64,000 nt of DNA from Takakia lepidozioides (Eukaryota; Plantae; Bryophyta). The position numbers and the translations under genes were made by a program. The notes under the pieces are model-generated. The model did not search any database. It saw only the letters and a program-made list of their open reading frames with translations, and was not told the origin of the DNA. This document shows positions 61,740-64,000 of the stretch, piece by piece (within the stretch, counting starts at the first letter, position 1; each line of letters starts with the position of its first letter). Location: assembly GCA_030704615.1 (NCBI GenBank), contig CM060734.1:10354001-10418000 (forward strand), written 5' to 3'.

Positions 61740-62130
61740 CATCCAAGAGGGCCGGATTTCAAACACAAGATTACTTGTGATTCCATGTGGATCAGTAGCT
61801 ACAAAAAATCTGTGTGGGTAGATGGTCAACTGGAAACAGCAGCAGCAGCAGCACAATTGATAGAACAAGGCATTGCTAATGAAGGCACCTTATTCAACAC
61901 ATTTCACCCTGTTTTTTCCTGTTATCGGAGTCGTCCCTAAATTTTCATGCTGAATTCTGCAAGTTAGCTCGTTGGCGGATCTATGGTGGTTTTGGAGTGA
62001 TTTTGACATGTTACTTGCCAATGTGGCAACAAGAAAGTATCAAAAAATAGATAACAGAGACGAGGAGAAGCTCTGGAATGAATACGTTTCCAATCCCAGT
62101 CAATGGTGGAACAACCGAGGCAAAAAGGTG
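61740..62130 (+). pseudogene. OSB-type PDF-motif exon relics
   Basis: PRGPDFKHKITCDSMWI..WVDGQL and LWNEYVSNPSQWWNNRGKK. A second copy lies at 63200-63295. Confidence 0.6.
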
Positions 62131-63184
62131 TATGCCTGTTGGAAGTAGACGCAAGTCAGCATAGGAACTAGTGTGATAAGTAGGTTGGGGTGTTTGCTGG
62201 AAGAGTTCTAGGCTGTCATTGTTAACTGCTAGCAGCAAGGCAAGGATGTATGCATGATTTGTGTAGAGGCATAGAGTTGAAGGAGCAGGGGCAGCGGAAA
62301 CCTTGGAGGCGCAAAGATGGTGTGTTCATGTATTTTGAAGGTATGTGTTTTGGGTCTTTTCTACTGTGTCCAGTTAGGATGTGCTTTCTTGCCATGAGGA
62401 AGGCTGGGTCAAGGAGGGAGGATTCCGGCATTTGATTCAGATGTAGCAGCCTTTTTAGTACCGCTACTTTCTGGTGGCTGAGTTATGTCCTTGAAGAACA
62501 GACCAAGTATTCCGACCTGTTGTCTTTCTTCTAGGGTGGGATTGAATTGTCAGGCAGGGTTTTAGGATAGAGGTGGAACAGAAAGTGATCATATGATTGT
62601 TGTATGGGTATATCTCTTGTAAGCAAAGTTCTCCCTTTACAGGGATTTTAAGCATATATAGGCCACACACACACAGAGCTTTTTGATCTCCTATTTTTTT
62701 AATGCACTCAAGTGATTGGTGGTATGGTGGGGACAGACAATCTGGCATGATTGTGAATCCGAAGGGAGAAACAAAGGGTGAGTGAGATGACATCAATGTA
62801 CTTGGCCCATCTGTTGGAAAGGAGTGTGCAGACTTGTGGCAAGAATTGCAAGTGTTGCCAATGCTCCCCCAATGCTATTGTTTGATTACCTTCAAAGTGG
62901 TTGGTTCTATGGACTCTGACCTCAGTAACAGCTTTTTCATGGGATTTTGCAGCAAAGTTATATGCACAGTTCGGAGGTTGAATACTATCTTTGTTGAGAC
63001 ATGATTAGAAAAGTTGTGATGGTTTGCATGTCATAGATTCCTGGAGAATAGGAACTAGTGTGATAAGTTGAGCTGGGTGTTTGCTGGAACAAATCTAGGC
63101 TGTCATTGTCAGCTGCTAGCAACAAGGCAAGGATGTATGCATGATCTATACAGAGGCATGGATAGCTGAAGGAGCAGGGATAGA

Positions 63185-63870
63185 GTGTGGGTCCAGATTT
63201 ATCCAAGAGGGCCGGACTTCAAGCTCCAGATTACCTATGATTCCCTGTGGAAGGATAGCTACAAGAAACCTGCATGGGTAGATGGTCAACTGTCCAATGC
63301 CGCAGCAGTAGCGACACAATTGATAAAATCAGGCATTGGTAATCAAGGCACCTTCTTCAACACATTTCACCCTGGTTTTCCCTCTTATCAGAATCGGCCC
63401 TAAATTTCCATGTTGAATTCTGCAACTTATGTCTGAGGCAGGGATAGCTGCAGCAAGATGAAAGTCTTGTAAGCTGGAAATTAGGTGCATGCGTGTGTAA
63501 GTGTGGCAGCCTTGGAAAAGGGCAAACAGTCCATGGGAACATCATCAACGCTAGAATTGTACCAGATGTCGTTATGAACGCTGCCCTAATGAAAATGTAT
63601 GCCATATGTGGGAGCATTGAGGATGCGAAGGGGGCAATTGGTCCAATGTAACCAAACAAGATGTGGCATGTGACGATTGCAAGATGTGCAGTACACCAGG
63701 GGCGTGGGATGGAGGCTTTGGAGACCTATGATCAACAAATGATGCAGGAAGGGTTGAAGCTGGACCAGGTCATGTTTGTTTGTGTTTGTAATGCGTGTAC
63801 AAGCCTACAACAGCCCTAGAAAAGGTCAAAGCAATCCATGTTATTGATGTTGTCAGCGCTGGAATAATAC
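63185..63870 (+). pseudogene. Duplicated PDF-motif and PPR relics
   Basis: 63185-63430 duplicates 61725-61960. 63480-63870 holds degenerate PPR repeats similar to 61420-61700. Confidence 0.65.
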
Positions 63871-64000
63871 TCTGTCATTCTTCACAGAAGCATACTTGAT
63901 TTCACAAAGAAATTAATTATTATGTTTGCAAAATTCAGACTTTGCATTACATAATAGCGTTGCAGAAAGACACGTGCTTGCTTGCTTGCGGAGGTCTTGG

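Overview
This is eukaryotic nuclear DNA from a land plant, probably a non-seed plant judging by gene and TE types; the species cannot be determined. Host genes are the 3' end of an ALIS/CDC50 gene (4-782) and a 5-exon PEX19 gene (50033-51943, minus strand). Between them lies a ~45 kb nest of transposons. (1) A large Mutator-like element (~5453-22613) has a GCM/WRKY-finger-MULE-SWIM transposase and a divergently oriented, spliced accessory gene encoding a ParB/Srx-like domain plus a beta-class N6-adenine/N4-cytosine DNA methyltransferase domain. The introns of that gene hold ~17 copies of a conserved 24-bp palindrome. (2) A full-length chromovirus (9458-16420; LTRs, PBS and 5-bp TSD) has inserted into that palindrome array. 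(3) Several copies of a Ty3/gypsy family carry a Dnmt3-like C5-cytosine methyltransferase between protease and RT and a PHD finger after a DDE integrase. This family seems to have PAT/Ngaro-style split direct repeats (A1...B1-A2-B2) rather than ordinary LTRs. (4) Also present are a second, internally inverted MULE relic, a 2.65-kb tandem duplication, another gypsy relic and a LINE endonuclease fragment. The right end contains a tRNA-derived SINE, an acyl-protein thioesterase pseudogene, a DMS3/GMI1-like fragment between perfect 66-bp inverted repeats, and PPR and OSB-PDF-motif relics. The best candidates for undescribed systems are the MULE-borne ParB-MTase with its palindrome array and the split-repeat DNMT-PHD gypsy element. 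All assignments come from reading motifs by eye; no searches were run.
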